64,000 bases of DNA, from positions 1,674,001-1,738,000 of the forward strand of contig JANHCV010000008.1 of assembly GCA_025594325.1 (NCBI GenBank). The letters are read 5' to 3'. The translations under genes and the position numbers were made by a program. Numbering within the stretch: the stretch's first letter is position 1; the number at the start of each line of letters is the position of its first letter. Shown here one piece after another: positions 1-10,281 of the stretch. The DNA is from Blastocladiella emersonii ATCC 22665. Lineage: Eukaryota; Fungi; Blastocladiomycota. Below the pieces are notes generated by a model, which saw nothing but the letters and a program-made list of their open reading frames with translations, was not told the DNA's origin and did not search any database.

Positions 1-1058
1 GGCGGGTCCCCTTGCACCGACCGACGCTCCTGCACACGCTCGCCGCCGCCGCCATCCCATACGCCGCTCCACGCCGCCGTCGCTGCACACTCGACCCGCG
101 CCCGCCGACCAAGTGGAGCTTGCCGCCCGACCGATTGACGCTAAACGACGACACGCACCCGCACTCGCACGCTTGGCTCCACGTCACGGTGCGCATCCCC
201 GCGACCCGCTCGTCACGGCGCACGCGCGCGGCGGCGACGTCGATCGCCCGCCCGCCCACCTCTCGTGCTGATGGGCGCGAGACCGACGTGGATGCCGCTC
301 CGCCGCCGCCGCCCTGCTCGCCGTCTCTCACACATCCGCGCCCGCGCAGTGTGTCTCACTCGCTCTCGTCGCGATTCCGTAGCTCGCGCGCCCCGCATCA
401 GCGCTGAGCGGCCCGCGCAGTCGCGTCGGTTGCCGCCACGACCACGGCGAGCGGGAACGCCTCCTGCACCCGCGCTGGGTCGCAGCTCGGTGTCTCACGT
501 CCGATCGCTCGCGCTCGCTGCCCGTCTAGACGCGCGGAGACGGTGCCAACTCGGTGCTCAAGCTTGACGAAGTCGCGTGCGGTCTCGGTACGATCGCGCG
601 TCTCGCCTCCACCAGCGCGGCGATGACTAACTCGGCGCCTGCCGCGATCCGTTCCTTCTATTCGAGCGCTCAGGTGCCGCGGCGGCCAAGGCGGGCGCGA
701 CACGGGTACGTTCTCGCTCTGCTTGCACGACATCTCCCTCAATCCCGCTCCTCACCTCGGTCTCCCGCGCTCGCCCCCGCTGTAACCTCGACCGAGCGCG
801 TCAAGTGCTTCAAGATGACCACGGCCGCGAGTGATGGCGGCGGCGCAAGGACCGCAGCAGCGGCGCGCGCGCATGGGCTCGACGCGGGCGCGGCGCGGGT
901 GCGGTGCGGGCGGACCGTGGTCGTGGCGGCCATCGTCGCAGTAGCAGTGCGGGTGCGGTGCTGGGGTGCAGGGCGCGCGCGCTGGCCGCGGCCCTGATCC
1001 CGGCACCGCACCCGCTTTTTTTTTGCGTCCCGTGATCCCTATACAAAGGTCCTTTGTA

Positions 1059-1235
1059 TACTTTGGACGGATTCCTTAGTAAAGCTTTGAGGACGCTTAG
1101 GCCGAAACCCGCGCAAAAGAAACCGCAGCCCAAAGGATTCAAAGCGACTTGAACCGGCCCTCACCCAAAGTTTTCAAAGTAACTCAGTCGCCGCAAAGGA
1201 TCCCAAAGTGACTTAGAAGTGTTCCGTCCAAAGTA
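1059..1235. mobile_element. MITE-like 173-bp unit: TA + 11-bp terminal inverted repeats + TA
   Basis: TA-CTTTGGACGGA at 1059-1071 and TCCGTCCAAAG-TA at 1223-1235. Internal CAAAG...GACTT-like subrepeats at 1131, 1166 and 1194, with a further copy just outside at 1251. Confidence 0.45.
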
Positions 1236-1261
1236 AACGTCAAGTATACTCCAAAGCGACT

Positions 1262-2248
1262 TTGCTAATCCTTTGTATCCTTTGGAGCCCGGGGCCCTTT
1301 TCACTGTGGTTTGTGCGCGCTGCCATCACCAGCACCCCGTGGCTCACCCTACGCGACCTTTCCGAGCTGCTGCGCGCGGAGCGCAACAAGTCGGTCTCCG
1401 TGTCGACGCTCTCGAGGCTTCTCGACCGCCTTGGCTTCTCGAAGAAGGTGGTCAAGTCGCGCGGCGCCAACTACAACGAGGAGGCGCGCGCCGCCTGGCG
1501 CCAGTACGTCGAAACCGCTTGCTTCAGGGCCGACCAGCTTGTCTTCTGCGACGAGTGCGGCATCCAGCCGACAGCGGCCAACCACCGCTTCGCGTGGAGC
1601 GAGACAGGGGTCCCCGCCGTCATCGTGCAGCCGCGCGCGCCCACGAGCACGCGTGTCAACCTCGTTGCAGCCATTTCCACGTCGGGGCCCCTCCTCGCGC
1701 ACGCCGCGCCGTACAGCATCAACACGGAGACATTTTGGACCATCATTCGCGACGACCTGGTACGTTGTGTCGATCTTGTGCTCCGACCCCATCCACTTCA
1801 CGCGTCTTGCCTACACGTCACGTTCCTGAAGATCCCGCACATGAATCCTTATCCCGAGCCGTGCTCAATCCTCGTTATCGACAACGCTTCGTTCCACCAC
1901 TCGCACAGACACATTGCCGAACTCGAGCGCGAGTTTGGCATCGCGGTACGCTTCCTTCCGCCGTACTCGCCCGACATGAACCCCATCGAAAACACTTTCA
2001 GCACATTTAAGGCTTCGCTCATCAGCCACCCGATCACGGGCCTGGACAAGGACGATCTCCCGCACGCGTACGCGGAGCGCTACTTTGACTGCATCACGCC
2101 GGCTTTGCTGACTCCGCGTCCCTCACCACCAGGGCGACGGCTGTCGGCGGCGCACAAGTCCAAGTTCGATCTGCTGCGACGGCCGGCGACCACAGCCGTC
2201 GCCAGCGTCAAGTTCGAGATCAAGTCGCTCAACATCAAGGAGTGGTAG
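1262..2248 (+). mobile_element. Tc1/mariner-IS630 (DDE_3) transposase; 5' exon not located, 3' end probably truncated or fused
   Basis: Motifs VFCDECG, LVIDNASFH and FLPPYSPDMNPIE (35 residues between the second D and the E). Branch/acceptor-like CTAAT...AG at 1265-1287. Probable in-frame intron 1760-1831 (GTACGT...AG). Confidence 0.85.
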
Positions 2249-2743
2249 CGGCGGCGGTGGTGGCCGCGGACGAGCTCGGGCCGCGAGCGCCGGACGGGCG
2301 CGGCGGTGGCCGCGCGTGGCGGCGTACTATGATTATTCTAGCGCTTTTATTCGAATGGGTCTATTGAATTACCTATCAGAAGAAGCACGTGATTCATCAT
2401 TGAGGCGCATCGCGTCCCGCTCCGCTGACCCCAACGCGACCTCTTTGGAAGGAGTGCCGTTGCACATTGCCCGTGTCTGTGCGCGCTCCAAGTCCTGACT
2501 CCGCCTCACATCGCCCGCAAACTCTTGCGCAACCCCACATGGCCGGGAGCTGTGGTGGCAACTGAGAGCAGCGCTAGCGGTGGGGAGCTTGGGTTCCCGC
2601 GCGTATGGTTACGCAATTCATGTTCGCATCGTGTAACCGTGGGTGGTTACAAGCCATTACCTCAAGGATCATTAAGCAGGAAAGAGAAAAATATGGAGTT
2701 CACGATGTGCCGTCTGGTCGTGGTTTGATTGTGGTCTGCTGCA

Positions 2744-3494
2744 GGTTCAGTCGCGGTTCAGTCGCTGTTCAGTCGCGTTCAGTCGCGGTTTACTCCGAGT
2801 TCAGTCGCTGTTCAGTCGCGGTTCAGTCACGGTTTAGTCGAGGTTTAGTCGAGGTTCAGTCACGGTTTAGTCGAGGTTTAGTCGAGGTTTAGTCACGGTT
2901 TAGTCGAGGTTTAGTCGAGGTTCAGTCGAGGTTCAGTCGAGGTTTAGTCGAGGTTCAGTCGAGGTTCAGTCGCGGTTTAGTCGCGGTTTAGTCGCGGTTT
3001 AGTCGCGGTTTAGTCGCGGTTTAGTCGCGGTTTAGTCGCGGTTTAGTCGCGGTTTAGTCGCGGTTTAGTCGCGGTTTAGTCGCGGTTTAGTCGCGGTTTA
3101 GTCGCGGTTTAGTCGCGGTTCAGTCGCGGTTTAGTCGCGGTTCAGTCGCGTTCTGCTCGCGTTCTGCTCGCGTTTTGCTTGAGGTTTACTTCAGGTTTGG
3201 TGTTGGTTTAGTCGAGGTTTAGTCGAGTTCTGGTCGCGGTTTACTTCAGGTTTGGTCTTGGTTTGGTCACAGTTCAGTCAAGGTTTGGTCGCGGTTTACT
3301 CCGAGTTCAGTCTGAGTTCAGTCGAGGTTTAGTTGAGGTTCAGTCACGGTTTAATCAAGATTTTGTTGAGGTTTAGTCAAGGTTCAGTCGAGGTTTAGTC
3401 GCAGTTCAATTGAAGTTTAGTCAGGGTCTGATCCGAGTCTGATGCGGGTTTGGTCCGAGTCTAGTCAGGGTTTACTCATGGGTTTAGTCGCTGA
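2744..3494. repeat. 11-bp minisatellite, consensus TTTAGTCGCGG
   Basis: 13 perfect copies at 2976-3118, flanked on both sides by variants (TTCAGTCGAGG, TTTAGTCACGG, etc.). Stop codons recur in every frame through the perfect core. Confidence 0.95.
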
Positions 3495-4841
3495 CTGTCT
3501 CATCGGAAGTGAAAATGGGTGTACATGAAGCGGAAGAATGAGTGGCTTGCGAGATTTGAAAGGAGAAGCGCGTGTCGGAAACGTACTCTCAACGAGAATA
3601 TTGTCCCACGTTTCCGCATCAACCGAGCCACGAATCATGGAAAGGTCCGCGTCCTTGTTGCTGTTGAGCTCGGACGCAACGGCGACCGCCCACTCGGGCA
3701 CGCCAAGAATGTCGTGGGCGATCAGCGGGAACAAGTCACAGTTGGCGTGCTCGCCGAGCTGCCAAAATCGGTCAGTGAGACAGTTGCGCGCCTCAACAAG
3801 TCGGCCAGGGTCAGCAGCGCCAAAAGGCTCGCCCGAATGCTTGGCGAGGAGCCGGGCAAGAAGTACCGGGTCGGTCCCAGCAAGCGTGCACAAAAACGAG
3901 TCTTCGTCGTTGACCATGGCAGCGTCAGTCCAGCCGCGCGATAGGAGCCAGTCGAGAACAGCAAAGTCTTGCTCGTTGGTGTTCCGGATCACCCAGCCGC
4001 CGCGCTGCCTCATCAAGAGCTCCGCGATCGGCCCGGGTGAGGAACGTGATGAGTTCGGCCTCATCAATGGCATAGCGGGGCTGCGCGAGCAGCTCAAGCG
4101 TGGAAGGCTGCCAGGTGATTGCAGCAAGGAAGGCAAGGAAGTCGATGAGGCGCGGAGTAAAGGACGATGAGGCAGCGCCCAACTCGAACTCGTTGCCATC
4201 AAGGACGTTGTATTCGGCGAGGGGCTTGAACCCAAGTCAGGGCGTGGAACTCGGACCACTCAAGCCGGGTCTCCAGGAGTGTGGGGAAGCGCTCAGTGAG
4301 GTCGATCAGGCAGGTTTCAAGAAGGGCAGTTCGACGTGTAACAACCGCGCAGACAAGGATCAAGATAAAAGTCGCAAGCGGTTGATGGAATGGAGAAAGA
4401 GCGCGACGGGTCTCGAACTTGCCAATGATCGTGCGAAGTTCGGCATCCATCGTGGCTGCCGCGCGAATGCGGGATGAGTACTTACCCAAGGCGTGATTGA
4501 ATACCCAGCTGGCGACGACTCCAAGAAGCTCGTGATGTGCGTCTGCTTTCCACGAAGTCAGAGAGAGCAAGCTGAGGGGCATAACCTCCCGCATATGCAT
4601 GCGAAGGCGGCGTCGGCGGATCGACAGCGAGGGATATTTTACTATGTGCGCCAGAGCGACATCGTGAAGGCCACGGAAAGTCCACAACAGCAGCCGAGTG
4701 GAAGAGGCGGGTAGCGGCAGGGACCGCCGGCCGTGGCTGGGCGAGCTGCGCGACGGCGAGGGCGAGCTCGCACGGCAGGTCGGCAAAGCGCGGCAGTGCG
4801 GTGCCGTGGGTGTCTACGGTCGATTGTATGGAGTGATTCAT
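3465..4841 (-). pseudogene. Frameshifted paralogue of the 10282-12474 F-box-like orphan gene, 3' end running into the minisatellite
   Basis: Homologous blocks lie in four successive reading frames: RFADLPCEL; LLWTFRGL...SPFHQPL; PRLIDFLAFLAAITWQP; LDWLLSRGW...DPVLLARLL. Confidence 0.8.
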
Positions 4842-4984
4842 GAAAGCGAGGGGGTTGGTCGTCAGCCAGGGAGAAGGGTTGAGATGAGCGGCGCGGCGGC
4901 GAGCGAAGTGTGGCGCTCATCTCGCCGCCCGTTCGCCGCGGGCGGTCCTCGCTCTTCCCACGCAAATGCGGCCCACGGAATCCA

Positions 4985-6758
4985 ATGAAACTGGCAGTCG
5001 CCGACGTTATTGAGAGAGTGCTCCTCCGCGCCGTGAGCCTGCATGACGACCCAAACGATCTTGCGGGCCTGCTGCAGTACGCGCGAGTGCTGCCCGAGGC
5101 GCTCATCCCCAAGGTGTCTCGTGCCGTGTTGAAGCGCTCTCCCGTCCTGTCCATGGACGCGGCGAGCGCACGCGGCGCCATCGGGGTGCTCGACAAGTGG
5201 CGCGCCTCGGGACTCCCGCTCGCCTACTCGCACGAGACGGTCATGGGCGCGAACGGCAAGTCGTTCGAGGCCATGGAGTGGTGGGGCAACTCGGGTCTCC
5301 CGTTCACGCACCCGCAGTGCCCGGGCGGCTCGATTGCGGATGTGCTCAACTTCATCAACCTTGGCTATCTCACCTGCTTCTTTCCCGACTGCGTACGCTC
5401 ATCTCTCTCGCGACACGATTTTCACCGTTGTAACGCTCGGTGCCTGCGAGTAGCCTCCCAAACCGGACATGGGCGGCCGTCGCTTCACATTGGACTACGC
5501 TCTTGACGAGATCACCAGGGGTCGCTTGAGCTCGGTCGTGCTTCGAGAGCAGCATTTGTCACTCGATGCCGTGGCGAAGCTCAACGCGGCGCTCGCGAGC
5601 CCAGGTCAAACCGTCCGCTCCGTCGAGCTGAAAAACTACTTCGTTGACCTCCCGCGCCTCATGATGATCCGTTTCCCCGCGTCGCTCACCAGTTTCGACT
5701 GGGCGTGCGGCTGGAGCTCTCCACGTCGCGATCGAGATCCACTTGACTCATGGTCGTGGCCTGCTCAACTCGAGTCCCTCTCCATTTCTTGGCTCAGTAC
5801 GAATGACTTTGGCGTTCGGCTCCTGTGCTCCCTTCCGCTTGGGCTCAAGTCGTTGTCCTTGTTGTCTGTCCAGCTCGAGCCTTCTATGTATCAGCACCTG
5901 GCTTCGCTTCCGCCGGGTCTCACGCATCTCAAGCTTGCCAACTGCCAGCTCGAGGACGATGCCTTTGGCCACCTCCTTCCGCATCTACCGATGACTCTCG
6001 TCAATCTCGACATCAGCGACAACCATTTGACGGCGACGCGTCTCACCGCTCTCCATCACCACTTTCCGCCATCGCTCCGCACTCTCGACATTTCAGGGAC
6101 TTGGCTGGACTGCGCGATCAACGATTCACCACTCGGCTGGATGTTCCCCGCTGACCTCGAGCTTCTTCGCATGGCTTCGTGTACCGTCTACGGCCGCAAC
6201 GACCCGCCGAGTTCCAGTCTGCAACTGATTCCACAACTCGAACTTGCCGCCCTGATCGCCGCGTCGCTCCCGCCCAAGCTCGTTGCCTTTGACATGTCCA
6301 TGAACCCGCTCTGCGGCGAGCAGCACGTCAGTTTCGTCGACATGTATACGACGTTCCCGCAATGCTTTCATTCGAGTACTGTGTCGTCGGCGGCCATGGC
6401 GCGCATTGCGCCACGAATCACGCCCTCGCTGCGCGAGCTTCGACTAAAGTGGACCTGCATCGGAACAGCTGGCGCGCAGCTGCTCGCTGACCACATGCCC
6501 CCGCTCCTAGAGACGCTTAATCTTTCTCAAACTGATCTCGACGATGGGATGCTGATGATCCTTGCCCCGTCACTCCCACAGTCGCTCACGAAGGTGCATC
6601 TCGACTGGAACCCGTTCAGTGACGTGGGCGGAGACCTGCTCCTTGCGCACCTTCCATCTGGCCTTGCTGCGCTTCATCTGAGCCAGGCCCTGCTTGGAGA
6701 CGAGATGCTCGAGTCGCTGCGAGCCAAGGTTGCGCCAGGTGGGCACTTTGCACAGTGA
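4985..6758 (+). CDS. RNI-like leucine-rich repeat protein, 570 aa; exons 4985-5392 and 5454-6758
   Basis: Repeats such as LPPGLTHLKLANCQL, LPMTLVNLDISDNHL and LPQSLTKVHLDWNPF. The GTACGC...TAG intron joins the two ORFs in frame. Confidence 0.85.
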
Positions 6759-6811
6759 AATTCGAAATACAAACAGTTCTTCCACTCAATCAAACTAAAA
6801 AAAAAATCATT

Positions 6812-9800
6812 TCAATCAACCACCGCCTTCACATCACGGTTGCGAAACTGAAGGTCGTGCAGGATCTCGAGCACCACGCGCCGCTTGAACGCCATCCACA
6901 GCGCCGCCGCCTCGCCGCCGTTCGCGCTGGGCACCGCGACGAGCGGCGGCGTCTCGAGGAGCACAGGCTTCCCGTCCTCGCGCGCGCGCAGCAGCCGGTC
7001 GAGCGGGGCGCGGACGGGCGTCGCCGCGCGGACCACGTAGTACGCGTAGTCGGCGGGATCGATTGGCTGGTACGCGCGGACGAGCTGCGGGTCGGGTGCG
7101 GGGTGCTGGAACCGCGCGCGCTCGGTGTGCGCGCGGACCGCCGGATCAACGCGCTGGTTCCACGGGACGAGCGGGTACGCGACCTGCTCGGTGGCCGTTG
7201 GTGGCTGGTCGAACCGCCACACGCGGTCGACGGCGCGCGCGAGGAGCAACTCGCCCGTGTCCGTCATGTACAAGTCGAGCGCGTGCCCGAGGGACCGCGC
7301 GGGCTCGGGGATCCACGCGTGGTCGAGTCGAGGCGCGCCGGAAGCAACGGCGGCGCGCATCTCGCGCTCGTACGCCTGGATCTGCGTGGACGGCGCGTAT
7401 GACGCGGGGACAGCGGCGGCCAAGTTGGCGCGCAGCGCGAGTGGAACGAGAGTGTGCGTCGATGCAGCAAGGAAGGCTAGGTCCGGGATCGGGGCGTGGG
7501 TCGCGGTGGGCGCGGGAGCTCTGGGTGCCGCGGCCGACGGTGGCCGTGTTGAAGTAGACGCGGTCGACGGCGGCCGTGCTGAAGAAGCCGCAGCGACTGC
7601 CAGTTCAGCTGCGGCGGCTGGTTCCGCGGCCGTGCCGCCTTCGCGGTACCTGCGAAACTCATCGCGAAGCACGCCGTGCGCTTGCCGCGCATGCAGCGCA
7701 ATCCGATCAATGGCCGAGTCGCGGCGGTCGCAGAACGGGCATTTGTAGAAGGCGGGCGCGTGCGATTTGATAGCGTGCTGCGACAGGTTGGATCCCGCCG
7801 TCCTCGCGTTCTTCGCCACAAAGCTGCATCCAGGAATGAAGCAAGGGTAGCCCGCGAACAGCGCTTCCTCAGCTGGCGCGCGAGGCACCCGATGGCGGTA
7901 CCCAAGCTCGTCCTGCTTGCGCTGCACGTGGTCCTTAAAGTGCGCGAGCATGTCGCGCGATGGCGCCTGCTCCATGCAGCCGGGAATCGTGCACGCGAGC
8001 ACGCCTGGCGCGAAGCAGCACGTCGAGTCGGGCGGGAATGCGGCAACCGTCGCGGCCGCGACATCAGCTGGAACCCGAGGGCGGCGCGTGACAGGCGGCG
8101 CTGCAGGCGCCGCAGGCGATGCCTGGGTCTCTGGCACATCTACGTCTGGTCGCTGGCCTGGGTGCGCTAGGCTCGCGTGCGCCGTGATCCGGCCAGCAGC
8201 GAATCCACCAAAGTCGCAAAGTCGGCAGCGGAAGAGCGGCGGACAGTGCTTGAGGAAGTGCGTCATGATGCTCGAAGGCAATGAGTGCGAGTAGCCACAA
8301 TCAGGCACGGCGCACGTCAGGTTACCCGCTTCGTCGCGAGCAGAAAGATCGAGGTGCGACTTGAAATGGTTGAGGAACTCCGCGTGGGGAAGAGAACCGC
8401 AAGCGCAGCCCGGGAAAGTACAGGTGATGTTGGTCAATACGCGGACGCACGACTCGTCCCGCGCCGCGGGGGTTGCAGAGCGCGGTCTTGGCGGCGTGTT
8501 TGGAGCGGATTCGTCTGACTCGTACTCATAGTCCGACTCGGACTCAGAAGACACGCGATCTAAGCTGATGAGATCGCCCATCGTGACCGCCGGTGTGGGC
8601 GCAGGCGGGGCCGGAACAGCAGGTGCGCCAAGAGGCGGCGCGCGGTTAGTGGGAGCAACGGTAGCAAAGGCGGAAGCAGAACACGGCGTGTAAGGAGTGA
8701 GCGTCGACTCAATTTGACTCTCCTTGATAGAGGCGGAATCGCTGGACGAGGAACGCTCAGTCGCCTCAGAGTTGGCGAGCGGCGCGACCGGTTCACTCGG
8801 AGCGGGCGACGCTTCCTGCGTGAACGCAAGCGAAGGTGCTGCCAAAAGTGAAAGTGCGGGAAGCGGAAAGCAGGTCATCATGCCTGAGAGCGCAAAAGCA
8901 ACCTCGTGCTCGCCAGCGTTAAACCGCGCGGTAACCGTGGCCATGAAGTAGTCGCGCGATGCGCGCATTGCAGCCGAATCGTTGGATTGCATACTACCGC
9001 TCTCAAGCCATAAGCGGACAAGTGGCACTGCAGTGGAAGCAGGCGCGGAGGCAGCGTACGCCCACGGGAGAAGGTTAAATGAGTCGGCGGGCAAATGCTC
9101 GTCGTATGCGATGCTGAGCAGGTCGCGAAGTACAGGCAGCGATTGAGCGTAGTGAAGCGGGGCCCGACCCAGGGTATCGCGAAGCGAGACGGCATGCCGA
9201 TAGTGGACTTTGCTCACGTCGCGACACAGGAGCGTGACAGCAGCGGGTAAGTCAAGCGCAGCAGCGAGGTGAAGTGGCGTCCACTTCAACTTGGCTTCGG
9301 TTGCTAGCAGATGTACCCCCAGGCGGTCCCTGCCAAGCGAGTCAAGCAGACGGCGCGTGAATCGTGCATCGTACTCAAATTCTAACCGTACAATCGTGTG
9401 TGAGTGATTATGCAGCTTAACCAGTCGCGTCTTCGTACCGTTGGAGACTCGTCCTTCTCTGAGTGCACAATGGTACTTTGCATATTCACTGGCGTCAGCA
9501 ATCACAGCAAAGTGTAGCGGAATCCATTGATTGGCGGCGGGAGACTCGAGATCGATAAGAACAGGAGATCCAAATGCTGCCCTGCACTTGACCCAGCGAC
9601 CATCAGGCCGGGCCTTGCGAGCTTCAACAGGTGACAGGAGCCAATTGAACCAGGTCCACGAGCCAAGCAGCGCAGCGATGTGTAGCGGGTGCGCACGAGA
9701 CTTCGGCAACAGCAAGTTGACCCAATCGGAATGAACGAGGGGTGGGCGCGCACGCGGTGACGCGATCATGAGTTGGGAGAGCGGCGAGGCAGAACCCGCG

Positions 9801-10015
9801 GATTGCAGTTCAACGTGAATTGTCTCAAGAAACGTGAGAACGTGGTCAACGCAAGTCGCAAAAGTTGGTGGCGTTTCAGCCGGCCAAGCAGGGTGAGGGG
9901 CGGAAAGTTTTGACAACATCAGATACACGACAGCGTCCATGCCAGTCTTTCCGTGGCAAACGCGGCGAGCTCCTGCATCAAGCGGGCATTTTTGGCAACT
10001 TTCATGTGGTTGCAT
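6812..10015 (-). CDS. Ankyrin-repeat + six C2H2 zinc-finger protein (single open frame; first in-frame ATG 10015, alternative 9940)
   Basis: Ankyrin-like WIPLHFAV, WTPLHLAAALD and GRAPLHYA. Six C-x2-4-C...H-x3-4-H fingers arranged as two triplets. Confidence 0.8.
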   Translation of the reverse strand: MQPHESCQKCPLDAGARRVCHGKTGMDAVVYLMLSKLSAPHPAWPAETPPTFATCVDHVLTFLETIHVELQSAGSASPLSQLMIASPRARPPLVHSDWVNLLLPKSRAHPLHIAALLGSWTWFNWLLSPVEARKARPDGRWVKCRAAFGSPVLIDLESPAANQWIPLHFAVIADASEYAKYHCALREGRVSNGTKTRLVKLHNHSHTIVRLEFEYDARFTRRLLDSLGRDRLGVHLLATEAKLKWTPLHLAAALDLPAAVTLLCRDVSKVHYRHAVSLRDTLGRAPLHYAQSLPVLRDLLSIAYDEHLPADSFNLLPWAYAASAPASTAVPLVRLWLESGSMQSNDSAAMRASRDYFMATVTARFNAGEHEVAFALSGMMTCFPLPALSLLAAPSLAFTQEASPAPSEPVAPLANSEATERSSSSDSASIKESQIESTLTPYTPCSASAFATVAPTNRAPPLGAPAVPAPPAPTPAVTMGDLISLDRVSSESESDYEYESDESAPNTPPRPRSATPAARDESCVRVLTNITCTFPGCACGSLPHAEFLNHFKSHLDLSARDEAGNLTCAVPDCGYSHSLPSSIMTHFLKHCPPLFRCRLCDFGGFAAGRITAHASLAHPGQRPDVDVPETQASPAAPAAPPVTRRPRVPADVAAATVAAFPPDSTCCFAPGVLACTIPGCMEQAPSRDMLAHFKDHVQRKQDELGYRHRVPRAPAEEALFAGYPCFIPGCSFVAKNARTAGSNLSQHAIKSHAPAFYKCPFCDRRDSAIDRIALHARQAHGVLRDEFRRYREGGTAAEPAAAAELAVAAASSARPPSTASTSTRPPSAAAPRAPAPTATHAPIPDLAFLAASTHTLVPLALRANLAAAVPASYAPSTQIQAYEREMRAAVASGAPRLDHAWIPEPARSLGHALDLYMTDTGELLLARAVDRVWRFDQPPTATEQVAYPLVPWNQRVDPAVRAHTERARFQHPAPDPQLVRAYQPIDPADYAYYVVRAATPVRAPLDRLLRAREDGKPVLLETPPLVAVPSANGGEAAALWMAFKRRVVLEILHDLQFRNRDVKAVVD

Positions 10016-10281
10016 GGTGTTGCATGGAGAACCATTTGTGTGGGAGTGAGCTAGGGGGATGAGAAGAGAGTCGGGAGCGGGCGAGGTGTGGCGAAAAACG
10101 GAACAAGCGAGCGCCGAAACGGTCACGCCACTAGTCACATGATTTCTCGTCGCGTCTCCGCTTGTCCCGCGGCCGCCGGCTTGTCCAGTCCCAGCCTTTT
10201 AAGAGAAGGGTCCGCGGCAAAGCTTAAATTAATAGAATAATTTATTTCTATTCAGCACGAGACAACACGGACAAGAAAGAC

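Noticed and set aside
1-1011. Overlapping GC-rich ORFs on both strands (for example 554-997)
   Set aside because: Arg/Ala/Pro-rich with no recognisable motif. A GTACGT donor at about 706 hints at an exon, but I could not build a supported model.
2664-2674. AAGGATCATTA, matching the 3' end of 18S rRNA
   Set aside because: The preceding GAACCTGCGG and all other rRNA sequence are absent; chance match.
2744-3494. Repeat array as a possible CRISPR or coding repeat
   Set aside because: No spacers, no cas genes, eukaryotic context, and stop codons recur in all frames.
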